Of a stretch of DNA of 62,406 nt, positions 27,080-36,453 are shown piece by piece (the first letter of the stretch is position 1; each line of letters begins with the position of its first letter). Made by a program: the position numbers and the translations under genes. The stretch spans positions 1 to 62,406 of the forward strand of contig JACPCE010000003.1 of NCBI GenBank assembly GCA_016179945.1. Reading direction: 5' to 3'. The notes beneath the pieces are model-generated. The model was not told the DNA's origin, ran no database searches, and saw nothing but the letters and a program-made list of their open reading frames with translations. This stretch comes from Candidatus Woesearchaeota archaeon (GTDB lineage Archaea > Nanobdellota > Nanobdellia > SCGC-AAA011-G17 > GW2011-AR18).

Positions 27080-30000
27080 TTAAATTATACCAATAGTCCA
27101 TGAACCAGCTCTAAATGTTGAATAAGATTGAGGTAATAATACACCAACTTCTTCTAAACAAAAGTATAATTGTTCTTGTGCAGTTCCATCATTTATAGTG
27201 TAGTTTCCTTTATTTAATGCTGCACCAGTTATTGTTACTAAAGTATTGTTGGCTAACCTATTACTAATTGGAGCATCAGTAGCACATCCAGATAAATCAG
27301 GATTTGAAGTAAAGTTGGAAGAGTTTATCCAGTAAGAACCAGTAACTTCTCCAATTAAATCTATTGCAGTAACAGTCACACCGCCTCCAACACCTATATT
27401 AACATTTCCAGTATTGTTTAATATTATTGGATGATTTATAGATAATTGGTTAACTTGGCCAGAAATAATAGTTGTAGGCCATCTTAAAGCAGTAGGTGCC
27501 ATTACAAATGCTTTTGTTGATTCAACTGTAAAGCTTACACTATTATTTGAAGCATTTAAATTATTGTTACTAATATTTGCGCTTGCAGTCCATGTTCCTG
27601 CACCGTCAAACCAGTAAAGTGGAACAGTACACCTGTATACTCTTGCTGTTGAGTTTAAGTCAAACATATTCTGGCATGTTGCATTATACCTGTAAGTTTC
27701 TTCTGTTCTGTTAAGATGGCCTTGAGCTGTAGCTGTAGCACTAAATCCAGCAGGATCTGCAGCAACATAATCAAAGCTTACATTTGTTATTCCAGCTTCT
27801 GTAATACTTTGTGCAGCAATGCTTGTAACGTTTAGTACAATAGGACTGCCACTACTAATTGTAAATGTTTGTAAATCTGTCTGGTTCATGTTATTTTTTG
27901 TATCATTTCCATAGAATCTCCAATATACAGTTGTACCAGGCACACCAGTTATTAAACTTGTATTTGTAGAAACATTTCCTGCGCCAAATGTTATTGCTGA
28001 TGTATTGTAAAATCCGCTACTGCTAAAATTAATTTCAAACATATAAGTGTTTAATCCTATATAATCTCTCCATGTAGCATTAAATACAACAAGTGTATTA
28101 TTATAGACTGTTGTTGTATTTCTCTGAACATCATACCATTCTGGGAACGGTGATGGGAAACTAGTTACTGTATGTGAAATTGTTCCATTAGTTCCACTAG
28201 TAGAGTTTCCTGCATCTGTACTTGCATCACATGCACCATCTGTTCCAGTTCCAGCAGTACCAAGTTCACTTGTATTAAAGAAACCAGCAGCAGTTACCAA
28301 AGCTCCATACCTATAAACTATTCTACCTCCGCCAGCACCACCCCCTCCACAAGAATCACTAGTTCCACTTCCACTAGCACTTCCTCCATTCCCACCCTTA
28401 GCAGTAATTCTACCAGTGCTGCTTAATGTTAAATTTCTAGATATTAAAATAACATGTCCTCCACTTCCGCCTCCACCACCAGACTGGTCTGTTGAACCTC
28501 CAGCACCACCAGCTGATCCATTTACATCAATAAGTCCATGTATATAGATAAATCCATTGCTTGCATTAACTCTAAATCCAGCACCACCATCACCACCAAT
28601 TGCAGCAGTTGCATCAGTTGCATCACTAGCAGAGCCGCCTCCGCCAGCACCAAACAACAATGTTAAATTAGTACCATCACTTGATGTAAGTCCTCCTTTT
28701 CCTTTTGTTCCAGCAGAACTATAACCTCCTTCTCCTCCAACACCACCGAAACCAGCACCACCACCTCCAGTACTGTCTCCTCCACTTGCTCTAGTTCCTC
28801 CACCCCCACCCCCACCATTAGGATTATTTGATGCAGTACCAGCACTTCCTGTATTGTTTTCTCCTTGTGTAGCAGTACATGTGTTTCCAGAACATCCTGT
28901 GCCATTCCTGCCACCTCTGCCAGATCCAGAAACTATTGAAGTAGAGTCTATAGTAAAGTTACCCTCATCACCTAAACTTATATTTACATATCCTGTTTGC
29001 CCACTTGCATTGTAAGGGCAAATTAGTAATGTGCCAGTATTAATTACTTCGATTTTATCATAAGCAGTAACTTCTCCACATAGTGTTTGTGAACCCCCAC
29101 TAATTGTAAGTGTTGGATCTACAACTATTTCATCATTAATTGATTTATTATTGATGCCATAATCCTTAGATAAGTAAACATAGACTATATTGGAATGTGT
29201 TTTCTTAACTTCTATGTTATATCCTGCTTCTCTCTCAGATTTAAAGTCAACTTCAAACTTGCCAGACTTCATATATCCGTCATAATAATCAATAACATCA
29301 ATAGGAGAGCTTGAACTTATTCTATACCTCACTTTGAAATCATTAGCTGGTAATAGGAATTTGTTTTCAATTTTCCATTTATATCCTTTGTTATATTTCG
29401 CTTTGCTAAATTTCCTTCCTTCTATGTCTTTCTTTATTTCCTTTGAATCAAATTCTATATCTATTGTTGTATCTTCAAATGTTGAAGTATAAGTAAATTC
29501 ATCTTTTGAATCAAGAGGAATAGCCTCATCAAATAATTTTCCATTAATAATTGGTTTGTGTATAATCAAAGTCTTCTTATTCTTATTCTTCAGAGTAATT
29601 TCTTCTGCAGAATAACTTAGAACATTAATGTCTTCTATATTATTTTTTGATATTGTAATATTTCTTTCTTCTATTATACTATCTATTGTACTAATTTCAC
29701 TTTGTATTGTATAATTTGGTGAAGTAGGTATGGTTATATTGTCAAATGTCTCAGTAATATTACTTTGTGTTAAGTTTACATCTTCAGTTAAATTAGTTTC
29801 ATTAGTTGTTTTTAAAGCCTTATCTTTCTCAGTTTTTCCAACTGTAATTTCAGTTAAATTTTCTGCTAGTATTGTATTATTGTCTATTATTCTTGAAACT
29901 AAACTGTAATTTCCTGATTTAGTTGGAACAGGTATTTCAAATACAGTGCTGTTTATTGTCAAATTGCTTATATTGTATCCGTAAACAGTTTCATTATTAA

Positions 30001-30520
30001 TAGATTTATTACTAATTTCAGACAAGAAATTATTTACAGGTTTTGTATAATTTTTATTATCAAATTCCAATTGTACAATGCTTGAGTTAGGTATAAAATT
30101 ATTTATTTCAAAGTATATGCTTTCATTTACAGTTCCGCTTTCATAGAATGCAAATCCAGTAATTTCAGGTCTAACAAGCAATAAAGTTAAAATAAACAAC
30201 CCTAAGACACCTAAAATTGCTGTTGTTTGAAGTGCTTTTGTCTTGATATTTTCTTTCTTAATTTCACTGCTGCACACTTCTAATTTATTTCTATAATTTT
30301 CTATGCATTTGTTGTAATAATTAACCCATTGTTCGCAACTTCTATTCTTCAATACAGTGTTTAGTTTAGATTTGTATTGGTCATAAGTAATTCTGCCTTC
30401 TCTGTATTGTTTTTCTAGTTCCTGACTAAACTCAATTATCTTTCTCTTGTATTTCTGGCAAAGCTGAATATTCCTAATTAACTCAATCTTTCTCCTTTCT
30501 AGATTAGTTAATGATTTCAT
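27080..30520 (-). CDS. Giant (1146 aa) membrane-anchored, sequon-rich surface protein with a glycine-rich central region
   Basis: N-terminal ~95-aa cytoplasmic coiled region, one TM helix, a long beta-rich ectodomain, a GGxGG-rich block (residues ~530-770), and a C-terminal module paralogous to the 313-aa protein. Confidence 0.7.
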   Translation of the reverse strand: MKSLTNLERRKIELIRNIQLCQKYKRKIIEFSQELEKQYREGRITYDQYKSKLNTVLKNRSCEQWVNYYNKCIENYRNKLEVCSSEIKKENIKTKALQTTAILGVLGLFILTLLLVRPEITGFAFYESGTVNESIYFEINNFIPNSSIVQLEFDNKNYTKPVNNFLSEISNKSINNETVYGYNISNLTINSTVFEIPVPTKSGNYSLVSRIIDNNTILAENLTEITVGKTEKDKALKTTNETNLTEDVNLTQSNITETFDNITIPTSPNYTIQSEISTIDSIIEERNITISKNNIEDINVLSYSAEEITLKNKNKKTLIIHKPIINGKLFDEAIPLDSKDEFTYTSTFEDTTIDIEFDSKEIKKDIEGRKFSKAKYNKGYKWKIENKFLLPANDFKVRYRISSSSPIDVIDYYDGYMKSGKFEVDFKSEREAGYNIEVKKTHSNIVYVYLSKDYGINNKSINDEIVVDPTLTISGGSQTLCGEVTAYDKIEVINTGTLLICPYNASGQTGYVNISLGDEGNFTIDSTSIVSGSGRGGRNGTGCSGNTCTATQGENNTGSAGTASNNPNGGGGGGGTRASGGDSTGGGGAGFGGVGGEGGYSSAGTKGKGGLTSSDGTNLTLLFGAGGGGSASDATDATAAIGGDGGAGFRVNASNGFIYIHGLIDVNGSAGGAGGSTDQSGGGGGSGGHVILISRNLTLSSTGRITAKGGNGGSASGSGTSDSCGGGGAGGGRIVYRYGALVTAAGFFNTSELGTAGTGTDGACDASTDAGNSTSGTNGTISHTVTSFPSPFPEWYDVQRNTTTVYNNTLVVFNATWRDYIGLNTYMFEINFSSSGFYNTSAITFGAGNVSTNTSLITGVPGTTVYWRFYGNDTKNNMNQTDLQTFTISSGSPIVLNVTSIAAQSITEAGITNVSFDYVAADPAGFSATATAQGHLNRTEETYRYNATCQNMFDLNSTARVYRCTVPLYWFDGAGTWTASANISNNNLNASNNSVSFTVESTKAFVMAPTALRWPTTIISGQVNQLSINHPIILNNTGNVNIGVGGGVTVTAIDLIGEVTGSYWINSSNFTSNPDLSGCATDAPISNRLANNTLVTITGAALNKGNYTINDGTAQEQLYFCLEEVGVLLPQSYSTFRAGSWTIGII
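27586..27845. repeat. Copy B of the ~260-bp shared segment
   Basis: See copy A (26592-26853). Confidence 0.7.
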
Positions 30521-31026
30521 TTCTTAGCCTTCCCTCTAGCTTTGTGATATGAAGTCCAGATTGTACGGTCGTTTCTTCTAAGCAAAACTGCAATCTGGTG
30601 GAAACTCAAATTACAAACATCTTTCAAATACAAGCAAATATTTTCTAAAACTCCAAGGTTTCTGTCTCTAAAAATTTCAAAAGGAATATAATATTCACAA
30701 TCAGAAATTACAAAAAATTCTTTTTTCTTTTTTCTTGCTTTGGAATGAGTAACCCAGATAGTTCTTTGGTCTCTGTTAAGCAAAGAAGCAATTTCAGAAA
30801 AAGCAAGTTCTTTATTTTCTTTTAAAAATTTAACAATAGACTCCAAACAGCTTAATTCATCATTGGAAAAAATAGCTACAGGAATTCCTTCTTTTGGTTT
30901 TTTTATTAAATTTGTAATATCTTCTTCTGTGTAGCCTTGTTTTTTCAAAACATCAACAATTTCAAGAAATTTGTTTTTTAATTTATTAGAATCTACATAA
31001 TTCTTACTTACTCTGTTAGATTTCAA
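30517..31026 (-). CDS. Tandem helix-turn-helix protein (two sigma-70 region 4 / LuxR-like repeats), first gene of the surface-protein operon
   Basis: Internal duplication: LAFSEIASLLNRDQRTIWVTHSKARKK and LSFHQIAVLLRRNDRTIWTSYHKARGK. Its stop overlaps the giant gene start (ATGA). Confidence 0.5.
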   Translation of the reverse strand: MKSNRVSKNYVDSNKLKNKFLEIVDVLKKQGYTEEDITNLIKKPKEGIPVAIFSNDELSCLESIVKFLKENKELAFSEIASLLNRDQRTIWVTHSKARKKKKEFFVISDCEYYIPFEIFRDRNLGVLENICLYLKDVCNLSFHQIAVLLRRNDRTIWTSYHKARGKAKK

Positions 31027-31115
31027 TACTTATTAAATAAGTATAATTACTTATAAATATTACTTTTTTACTTATTAAATAAGTAATTAATGTACTATAA
31101 AATATATTTAGAAAA

Positions 31116-31499
31116 CTATAGACTACGAACATAACTTATAATTATAAACCTAACTTCCCTACCAGCAGGTTCTTCCCTGTATAATTTTTGATTTAGTGTT
31201 AATCTTAAATCTCTTTCAGGATCTGAACCAGGTAGCGGGTTATGCAAAGTTACAAAACCATACATCTGTAAATCACAAAGAGCATCTGAAAGCATTGTTT
31301 TTTTATAGTTATCAACAAACCTTTCATTTCTCGAGAAAGTATCATCTAATTCACCAAAAGTAAGAGATCTGTCAGTTGAACCTTGCAATCTGGCTGTTAC
31401 AGCTCTAATTACCTGACTTTCACAAAGTAAACGTCTTTGATCATAAGAAAGAACACCATTTTCTAAACTAGGTTTCCTTAATGGAACAACATCCCCCAT
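31116..31499 (-). CDS. Hypothetical protein with atypical (Arg/Leu/Gly/Asp-rich) composition
   Basis: 127-aa ORF. No motif recognised. Confidence 0.4.
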   Translation of the reverse strand: MGDVVPLRKPSLENGVLSYDQRRLLCESQVIRAVTARLQGSTDRSLTFGELDDTFSRNERFVDNYKKTMLSDALCDLQMYGFVTLHNPLPGSDPERDLRLTLNQKLYREEPAGREVRFIIISYVRSL

Positions 31500-31526
31500 A
31501 TAAAAATTTAATGAAGAAAAGTTTAA

Positions 31527-31724
31527 TTAAGCTTTCTTAAATTTAGCAACAGTATCTAATAAATCAACATGACCCATAAACATAGCTCTACAACAATATC
31601 TTTCTAAACCTAAATCATCCATGACTTTTTTAGGATGTTCTCCTTTAGAAGTTCTATCTTTGTATTCATCCCAAAGGTGTGCTATGGTTTTACCGCAGCT
31701 GAAACAAGATATAGGTATTATCAT
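31527..31724 (-). CDS. rpoN: DNA-directed RNA polymerase subunit N (Rpo10)
   Basis: MIIPISCFSCGK...YCCRAMFMGHVDL is the Rpo10 zinc-bundle signature. Confidence 0.92.
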   Translation of the reverse strand: MIIPISCFSCGKTIAHLWDEYKDRTSKGEHPKKVMDDLGLERYCCRAMFMGHVDLLDTVAKFKKA

Positions 31725-31809
31725 AATAATTGTGAATAAAATATATTTTTAAAGCTTTCTAAATCTGACTCTGGTAAAACCCCCAATAATAATATATAAA
31801 AGAAAGTTC

Positions 31810-32319
31810 TTAGATCTTATTATTAATGACTTTGGCAATCTCTATAACATTATCTTGTATTGATGATGAACTAAGTTCAATATCATAATTTCCTCTTTTA
31901 AATATTATATTACCTTGATAAATTACACATGATGCATCCCCTATGCCTAAACTAGGCTTATCTGAACATGTTGAATCAACACTAGACTTTATATTTTGAT
32001 TGGTATAATCTGTAACTCTAAGGGCAAGAGAAACAGCCACATGTTTTCCTATTGGCACGACATACCATACACGCTGACATGAATAACTTACAATATAGGG
32101 TTCGCTTCCAGAATCATCTTGTATTTTATCTATTGACCCTGCAGATATTATCTCATTATTAGAAAGAATGTTACAATCCAATTTAACAGAAGGATTGCCG
32201 GTTTTTCCCAGTTGATTAGCCTTTGTTTTAGTTGGTTGCTGATTAATATCATTTTTATTACTACAACCAACAAGCAATATTAGAATAATAAGAAATGCAA
32301 ACACTAAAATCTTTTTCAT
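31810..32319 (-). CDS. Secreted lipoprotein, unknown function
   Basis: Signal peptide plus lipobox LLVGCSN. Confidence 0.5.
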   Translation of the reverse strand: MKKILVFAFLIILILLVGCSNKNDINQQPTKTKANQLGKTGNPSVKLDCNILSNNEIISAGSIDKIQDDSGSEPYIVSYSCQRVWYVVPIGKHVAVSLALRVTDYTNQNIKSSVDSTCSDKPSLGIGDASCVIYQGNIIFKRGNYDIELSSSSIQDNVIEIAKVINNKI

Positions 32320-32388
32320 ATTTTTTTTAATAATGTTGTTATTTATATTTATTTTGATTGATTCTAATTATATTAAGTATTAAATTTA

Positions 32389-32547
32389 TTAATCAAATTG
32401 TCCCTTAACTTTGTATTCATCAGAATTTATTATTTCAGAATATTCTTGTTCTAATACTTGATTTGCCTTGTCCTTACTAAACAAAAACTTATACACCAGT
32501 AAACCAAATAAAGTTGCAACTCCAACCCATAAAAATTTATTATTCAT
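32389..32547 (-). CDS. Small single-TM protein
   Basis: 52-aa ORF below the track cutoff: MNNKFLWVGVATLFGLLVYKFLFSKDKANQVLEQEYSEIINSDEYKVKGQFD. Confidence 0.3.
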   Translation of the reverse strand: MNNKFLWVGVATLFGLLVYKFLFSKDKANQVLEQEYSEIINSDEYKVKGQFD

Positions 32548-32558
32548 TAATTCTTGAA

Positions 32559-32741
32559 TCATTTCTTTTCCTCTGCTTTTGAAGCTTCTTTCTCAAGATC
32601 TATTCCAAGGTCTTTTAAAGATTTAACATGCAGACCCATAAGCTGTTCAGTTATATTAACCAATTTAAGCAATTCTTCCCTTTCTTTTGCAAGCGTTGTT
32701 AAGCAGCCTTTATGAAACCCAATCTTTTCTTCGTTTGCCAC
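32559..32741 (-). CDS. Small coiled-coil protein
   Basis: 60 aa, helical heptad-like. Lies downstream of the 569-aa secreted protein on the same strand. Confidence 0.35.
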   Translation of the reverse strand: MANEEKIGFHKGCLTTLAKEREELLKLVNITEQLMGLHVKSLKDLGIDLEKEASKAEEKK

Positions 32742-32786
32742 AACTAATTTAGAATTAGAAAGTTTATAAGCTTAACTAAAAAAAAT

Positions 32787-34496
32787 TTATTTTAAATAAG
32801 ATTTAGCAAACCTTGTAGCAATACTAAATTTAATTTTATTTTTTATACCAACAGCTTCGTATTTAATATCTCCATTTTGCAATGCCATTATGGCAGCACT
32901 AACATCTCCTTCTTCAGCAATTTTCTGTATTGCTGATTGTGATGTTTTTATTATCAATGAGGGTTTAAAATTTTTATAATCACACATATTAAATTCTTTA
33001 ACAACACCATTATCTAAAACAATACAAAACACTGCATCTTTTCCATAATTTCTATTTATAATAGCAACTACACGCTCATTGCCAAATAATTTTTGTAATT
33101 GTACTGGCAAGGTTTGTCCTTCAACATACTTTTTTAAAACACCAACATCAAAATTTTTTAGTATTCCTAATTGTTCTAATTTTCTCTCTGTTTTTTCCTT
33201 TCTTTCATTTATAGAAGGTGGAGCTAAATTAATTACATTTTCTCTTCCATAAACTTCTCTAACCTGTTCTTGAGATGTAATAGTCTCCCCTAAGTTTTCT
33301 ACATTTTGTATAGGTTGTTCTTGGTTAACGGTATTTGCTTGTGCATTTGTATTTTGAATAACTTCATAATTATCAACAAGAGTCCTTCTAGAAAGTGTTT
33401 CTACAATAGCAGCAGAAAATGCTGTAATATTTCGTTGTCCTGAAACAAGATTAATTGATGCATTTTGAGCTAGTGTTTGAACTTCAGGATTTTCTTGAAG
33501 GAATTGATTGACTTCTATTTCCCCAACATAAACTTTAGCACAAGCATCCCTCAAGCTGTTTTTTAAAGCAAAATTGCCATGTGCCACTTCACAAGCATAT
33601 TCTCTTCTGACTCCAAAATGATTTATTATACCTATTCTGTTTGCATTAGACCTTGCAGAAGTTCCATAACTACAATTTGTGTAGTCTACAGCGCAAATCT
33701 CACCTATGTCATGCTTAGCAATTGGTTCGTTACATACATTATTTCTAGATGTTAAAAACTGCCTCTGTTCTTGTGTAGTAAGAAGGACACGAGGACATCT
33801 CTCCCAGTCATATGTGGCATATTGTGCATTAGCAGGAAATTTTATCTCAACATTGTTTCCACTCCAAATATTAAGCCAATTGACATTGCATGTAGCTTTA
33901 TTTAATCCATTGAATTTTTTCTTACCAACAACACCTTCTACATAACAAGAAAATTCCCAATAATATGAACGATATGGCGGCTGACTGTATTCATAAGGAC
34001 AATTAGTAAAATCAATTATGCAACTATCTCCAAGATAAACTTCATCTGGAAGAGGTGGTTCTTCTAAAACACTTTGTAATGCACCTGCAATTTCTGTTTC
34101 AGATAACTGCCCATTAGCTCCGCCTCCGCCACCAGGATTATTATTTTCTAATGAATGAATTCTATCTTGAAAACGATCAAATAACTGGTCAGAATCATGT
34201 TCGTATTGAACTGCTAAAGTAACAATTGCTCCTGCAGGCGTTGCAGATGCAGCAAGCGTAGCAAGACCTTGTACTTCTTCAACAATATGTGCAACATTTT
34301 CTACATCTTCAATAACCCTATTTAATTCTCTGCCTACTCTTGTTCTATCTAGTTCTTCTTCAACTTGGTTTGTAAGACTCTGCCAGAGATTTTCAACAGA
34401 ATGGTGTATAAATGCCTGCACTGGAAAAGCCAAAATTAAAACCATAATTAAAACTACAAATATATAATAGGATCTAACCTCTTTTAATTTCATCAT
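32787..34496 (-). CDS. Secreted protein with two Cys-containing repeats and a possible SCP2-like C-terminal domain
   Basis: Signal peptide. Repeats: DSCIIDFTNCPYEYS...FSCYVEG and EICAVDYTNCSYGTS...YACEVAHG. C-terminal AAIMALQNGDIKYEAVG. Confidence 0.5.
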   Translation of the reverse strand: MMKLKEVRSYYIFVVLIMVLILAFPVQAFIHHSVENLWQSLTNQVEEELDRTRVGRELNRVIEDVENVAHIVEEVQGLATLAASATPAGAIVTLAVQYEHDSDQLFDRFQDRIHSLENNNPGGGGGANGQLSETEIAGALQSVLEEPPLPDEVYLGDSCIIDFTNCPYEYSQPPYRSYYWEFSCYVEGVVGKKKFNGLNKATCNVNWLNIWSGNNVEIKFPANAQYATYDWERCPRVLLTTQEQRQFLTSRNNVCNEPIAKHDIGEICAVDYTNCSYGTSARSNANRIGIINHFGVRREYACEVAHGNFALKNSLRDACAKVYVGEIEVNQFLQENPEVQTLAQNASINLVSGQRNITAFSAAIVETLSRRTLVDNYEVIQNTNAQANTVNQEQPIQNVENLGETITSQEQVREVYGRENVINLAPPSINERKEKTERKLEQLGILKNFDVGVLKKYVEGQTLPVQLQKLFGNERVVAIINRNYGKDAVFCIVLDNGVVKEFNMCDYKNFKPSLIIKTSQSAIQKIAEEGDVSAAIMALQNGDIKYEAVGIKNKIKFSIATRFAKSYLK

Positions 34497-34545
34497 TAAA
34501 TTTCACTACTTAAACTATATAAATATTTCTCAATATCAAATAGTG

Positions 34546-35556
34546 ATGATAGAAATAGATGGATCAATAGGCGGAGGACAAATTTTAAGAACGGCTTTAA
34601 GTTTATCAGCTCTAACACAAAAAACATTTAAAATAATAAACATTCGGGGAAAAAGAGAAAATGCAGGTTTGCAGCATCAGCATCTTACAGCAGTTAATTC
34701 TATATCAAAGATTTGCAATGCTCAAATAAAAGGAAATGAACTGCATTCTAAAGAATTAGAATTTACTCCAAATAATGTAACTCCAGGAAGTTATAAATTT
34801 GATATAGGGACTGCAGGTTCTACAATTCTTGTTTTACAGACACTACTTCCACCACTAATTTTTGCAAAAGAAAAATCAACATTAGAAATAACAGGTGGCA
34901 CAGCAAATCCATTAGCACCGCCTGCTTTAGATATAAAAGAAGTTTTTTTATGGCATCTGGAAAAAATAGGTATTGATGTAAAATTAGAAATAGAAAAAGA
35001 AGGATTTTATCCAAAAGGTGGAGGTGAAATAAAAGTTATAATAAATACTTGCAAAGAAATAAAAGAATTAAATTTATTAGAACATCATAAAGGCAATTAT
35101 GAAGAAACAAAAATAATTGCTGTTTGTTCTAAAGAATTAAAAGAAAGAGAGGTTGCTAAAAGAATGATTAAAGGTTTTAAATTGAATTTTCCAATACAAA
35201 ATAAAATATTATCAGAAGAGTTATATGCAGAAACTCTAAGTCCGGGATGTTATATTCATGCAAATTATAATTATGAAGATCATAAAATTGGAATGTCTGT
35301 TTTGGGAGAAAAATCAAAAAAAGCAGAAGATATAGGAAAAGAATGTGCATTAAAATTATTGGAAGAAATGAAAACAGGAGCAAGTACAGATCATTTCACA
35401 GCAGATCAATTATTAATTTATATGGCTATTAAAGGTTCTGGTAAATTAAAAGTTTCGCAAATAACAGATCATATGAAGACAAATATTCAAATTATAGAGA
35501 AATTTTTAGATGTAAAATTTAATATTAAAGATAATGTAATTGAATGTATTAAATAA
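34546..35556 (+). CDS. rtcA: RNA 3'-terminal phosphate cyclase
   Basis: MIEIDGSIGGGQILRTALSLSAL... and the overall RtcA layout with TDHFTADQLLIYMA near the C-terminus. Confidence 0.9.
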   Translation: MIEIDGSIGGGQILRTALSLSALTQKTFKIINIRGKRENAGLQHQHLTAVNSISKICNAQIKGNELHSKELEFTPNNVTPGSYKFDIGTAGSTILVLQTLLPPLIFAKEKSTLEITGGTANPLAPPALDIKEVFLWHLEKIGIDVKLEIEKEGFYPKGGGEIKVIINTCKEIKELNLLEHHKGNYEETKIIAVCSKELKEREVAKRMIKGFKLNFPIQNKILSEELYAETLSPGCYIHANYNYEDHKIGMSVLGEKSKKAEDIGKECALKLLEEMKTGASTDHFTADQLLIYMAIKGSGKLKVSQITDHMKTNIQIIEKFLDVKFNIKDNVIECIK

Positions 35557-35995
35557 ATTTATTTAAACCACCAGTTAGAAATTCATTTGCTTTTTTCAAA
35601 ACATTCTTTGTATTGCTAAATTTAATTAATTTTAAAGCATCTTCAAAATTACACCATCTAAAATCATCATGTTCAAAACTTATTTTTACTTCTTTATTTT
35701 TAGTTTCAGCTAAATAATAAGTTGCTTCTTTAAAAATAGTTTGGCCTTCTTTTTTGTAGAACCATTTAACCTTTTCTTTAAATCCTTTAATGAATTTTAT
35801 ATCTTCAATTCCTGTTTCTTCTTTTACTTCTCTTTTAATATCATCTCCAGGTGTTTCTCCTTTTTCAATTAAGCCTCTTGGAAAATCCCACATTTCTTTA
35901 TAATGTTCATGTGCATTTCTGTATAATAACAAGTAAAGAACTTCTTTTCCTTCTCTTCTAAATATTACTGCACCGTAAGATATTTCTTTTGGCAT
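35549..35995 (-). CDS. Nudix hydrolase
   Basis: Nudix box RGLIEKGETPGDDIKREVKEETGI. Confidence 0.8.
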   Translation of the reverse strand: MPKEISYGAVIFRREGKEVLYLLLYRNAHEHYKEMWDFPRGLIEKGETPGDDIKREVKEETGIEDIKFIKGFKEKVKWFYKKEGQTIFKEATYYLAETKNKEVKISFEHDDFRWCNFEDALKLIKFSNTKNVLKKANEFLTGGLNKFI

Positions 35996-36453
35996 TATCT
36001 ATTCAATGTAAACTTCTTTCCCTGATCTAAGTCTATAAATTCATCAGTGGCTTCTTTTAATTTTCCACTGCAGCTTCTTCCAAAAGCTAAAACTTCAACC
36101 TTGCATCCCAATGCCCTTTTCAAATGTTCAACTAAAGGAATATAGTCTCCATCACCAGAGGCTAAAACAACAACATCTAATTTTGGAGCCAGCTCAATAG
36201 CATCTATAGCCAATCCAACGTCCCAGTCAGCCTTTTTATTTCCACCATAAAAAACTTGCAGATCTTTTAATTTAACTTCAAAACCAATACCATCTAATGC
36301 CTTAAAAAAATTTTCTTCATCTTTTTCTCCAGCTCTTACACCATATGCAATTGCTCTGACTAATTTTCTTCCATTTACAGCTTCTCTTAAAATTTCCTTA
36401 AAATTTACTTTTGAATTATACAATGCTCTTGCACTGTAATACATATTTTGCAC
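35995..36453 (-). CDS. NYN-domain (LabA-like) protein, apparently N-terminally truncated
   Basis: VVLASGDGDYIPLVEHLKRALGCKVEVLAFG is the LabA/NYN core. The frame is open only from ...NNRVDVQNMYY, with no ATG before the conserved DxxN Asp. The track start is a GTG after that Asp. Confidence 0.6.
   Translation of the reverse strand: MQNMYYSARALYNSKVNFKEILREAVNGRKLVRAIAYGVRAGEKDEENFFKALDGIGFEVKLKDLQVFYGGNKKADWDVGLAIDAIELAPKLDVVVLASGDGDYIPLVEHLKRALGCKVEVLAFGRSCSGKLKEATDEFIDLDQGKKFTLNR

Noticed and set aside
26592-27845. Diversity-generating retroelement (template/variable repeat pair) as the origin of the repeated surface-protein segment
   Set aside because: There is no reverse transcriptase ORF in the window. 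The differences are not restricted to adenine positions. Both copies are inside long ORFs as part of a full paralogous module.
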